From: Polyangiales bacterium
Lineage (GTDB): Bacteria; Myxococcota_A; Polyangia; Polyangiales; Polyangiaceae
Direction of reading: 5' to 3'
Length of the DNA: 29,113 nucleotides
Assembly (NCBI GenBank): GCA_038231275.1
Contig: JBBRLQ010000054.1
Coordinates: 1-29,113, forward strand
Part shown: positions 27,491 through 29,113 of the stretch, piece by piece
How the letters are laid out: each line of letters opens with the position of its first letter
Numbering within the stretch: position 1 is the first letter of the stretch
Notes under the pieces: model-generated
Databases searched by the model: none
The model's input: only the letters and a program-made list of their open reading frames with translations
What the model was told of the DNA's origin: nothing
Position numbers and translations under genes: made by a program

Positions 27491-28168
27491 CTACTTTGCC
27501 TTCACCGCCTTCACGTCGAGCTTCACGACGGCGTTGTCCTTGATCAGATCGTCCGGCTTCCCGGGGTACTTCAGCCCGAAGTCCTGCCTGTTGATCTGAA
27601 ACTCGCTCGTCGCGTTGATCGCGTCGGGCGTGATGGCGACCTTGGCGGGGAAGCTGATCGTCTTCGTCACGCCGTGGAGATCGAGGTTGCCGGTGATCGT
27701 GTGCGTTGCGCCGTTGGGACCGGCAGCCGCCTCGACCTTCGTCGAGGTGAACTTGATCGACGTGAACTTCGCCACGTCGAAGAAGTCGGGCGACTTCAGG
27801 TGGCCGACGAGCTTCTCCTGATCGGTGGTGAGCGAGGCCGCGTCGATGTCGATCGCGATCTTCGCTTCCTCCGGCTTGCCGCTCGCCGGCAGATCGATCG
27901 TGCCGCTGAACTTCTTGAACGCGCCGTCGTGCTTGCCGGTGATCTTCGCGCCGGTCCATTCGATCTTGGAGGTGTCGCTCGAGATCGCGTACTTCGCGGC
28001 GCCTGCGATGGCCGGAGCGGGCTTGCCCTGCGCGGCCGGCATGGCCGTGTCGGTGGTGGGCGTGGCGGCGGTGACCGTAGCCTTGGGCGCGGACGACTTG
28101 TCCTCGCAGGCGGCGGCGGCAAGCGACAGGACGATCGAGCTGGTGACGACGAGCAAGCGAATCTTCAC
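27491..28168 (-). CDS. YceI-family lipid/polyisoprenoid-binding lipoprotein
   Basis: SD AGGAGG then GTG; lipobox LAAAA-C; HLKSPDFFDV, GNLDLHGVTK, INRQDFG. Confidence 0.88.
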   Translation of the reverse strand: MKIRLLVVTSSIVLSLAAAACEDKSSAPKATVTAATPTTDTAMPAAQGKPAPAIAGAAKYAISSDTSKIEWTGAKITGKHDGAFKKFSGTIDLPASGKPEEAKIAIDIDAASLTTDQEKLVGHLKSPDFFDVAKFTSIKFTSTKVEAAAGPNGATHTITGNLDLHGVTKTISFPAKVAITPDAINATSEFQINRQDFGLKYPGKPDDLIKDNAVVKLDVKAVKAK

Positions 28169-28327
28169 GGGGAACCTCCTCAACGGACTTCTTCGGGTGA
28201 CGTTTCGTGACTCCGATGCTTCAAGAAGGGTGCCCGAGGCAAAAATCGCTAAAGTGGCTTGAAACAAGCCCTCTGCGTCCTTCCTACCGTGGCATTTTGA
28301 GAGATCGACGCCTCAATTTGATGCGTA

Positions 28328-28364
28328 CAAAGGGCAAAGGCCCCGGGCACTGCCCGAGGCCTTC
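28328..28364 (-). terminator. Terminator hairpin after groEL
   Basis: Minus strand GAAGGCCTCGGGC-AGT-GCCCGGGGCCTTT then GCCCTTTG; 13-bp stem with G-U pairs. Confidence 0.7.
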
Positions 28365-28389
28365 GCGCGCTTACGATGCGTGTCGACGA

Positions 28390-29113
<724 letters not shown>

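Noticed and set aside
24233..27959. Long antisense and alternative-frame ORFs over recD2, marC and yceI (similar ones over degP, feoB and the kinases)
   Set aside because: No recognisable motifs; they arise from stop-codon scarcity opposite GC3-rich genes.

Overview
High-GC bacterial chromosomal segment, most likely Myxococcota (Polyangiales-like; inferred from PEGA, AgmX/PglI-type and D/A/G-rich lipoprotein families). About 28 genes, mostly housekeeping or envelope: 5'-truncated hybrid PAS kinase, a tandem double beta-barrel outer-membrane protein, degP/htrA, a coupled operon (AgmX/TonB-C-like protein, two lipoproteins, truA, GNAT), rsmD, PEGA protein, OYE oxidoreductase + TetR, dapB-dapA-GH57 branching enzyme, a probable diheme cytochrome c lipoprotein, rplU-rpmA-HAD, feoA-feoB plus an uncharacterised OM barrel, HAMP kinase, polysaccharide deacetylase, recD2, marC, yceI and the 3' part of groEL. 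No rRNA, tRNA, CRISPR or mobile element was seen. The best candidate for an undescribed system is feoA-feoB-OM barrel, tied together by two copies of a Fur-like 7-1-7 palindrome. Other signals: a triple TetR operator with 17-bp periodicity, a dapB frame with no stop that runs 316 bp antisense into tetR, recD2/marC start codons overlapping in one CATG, a 12-bp repeat giving six in-frame stops, and four promoters whose -10 ends exactly 9 nt before the ATG. All calls come from motif reading; no searches were run.
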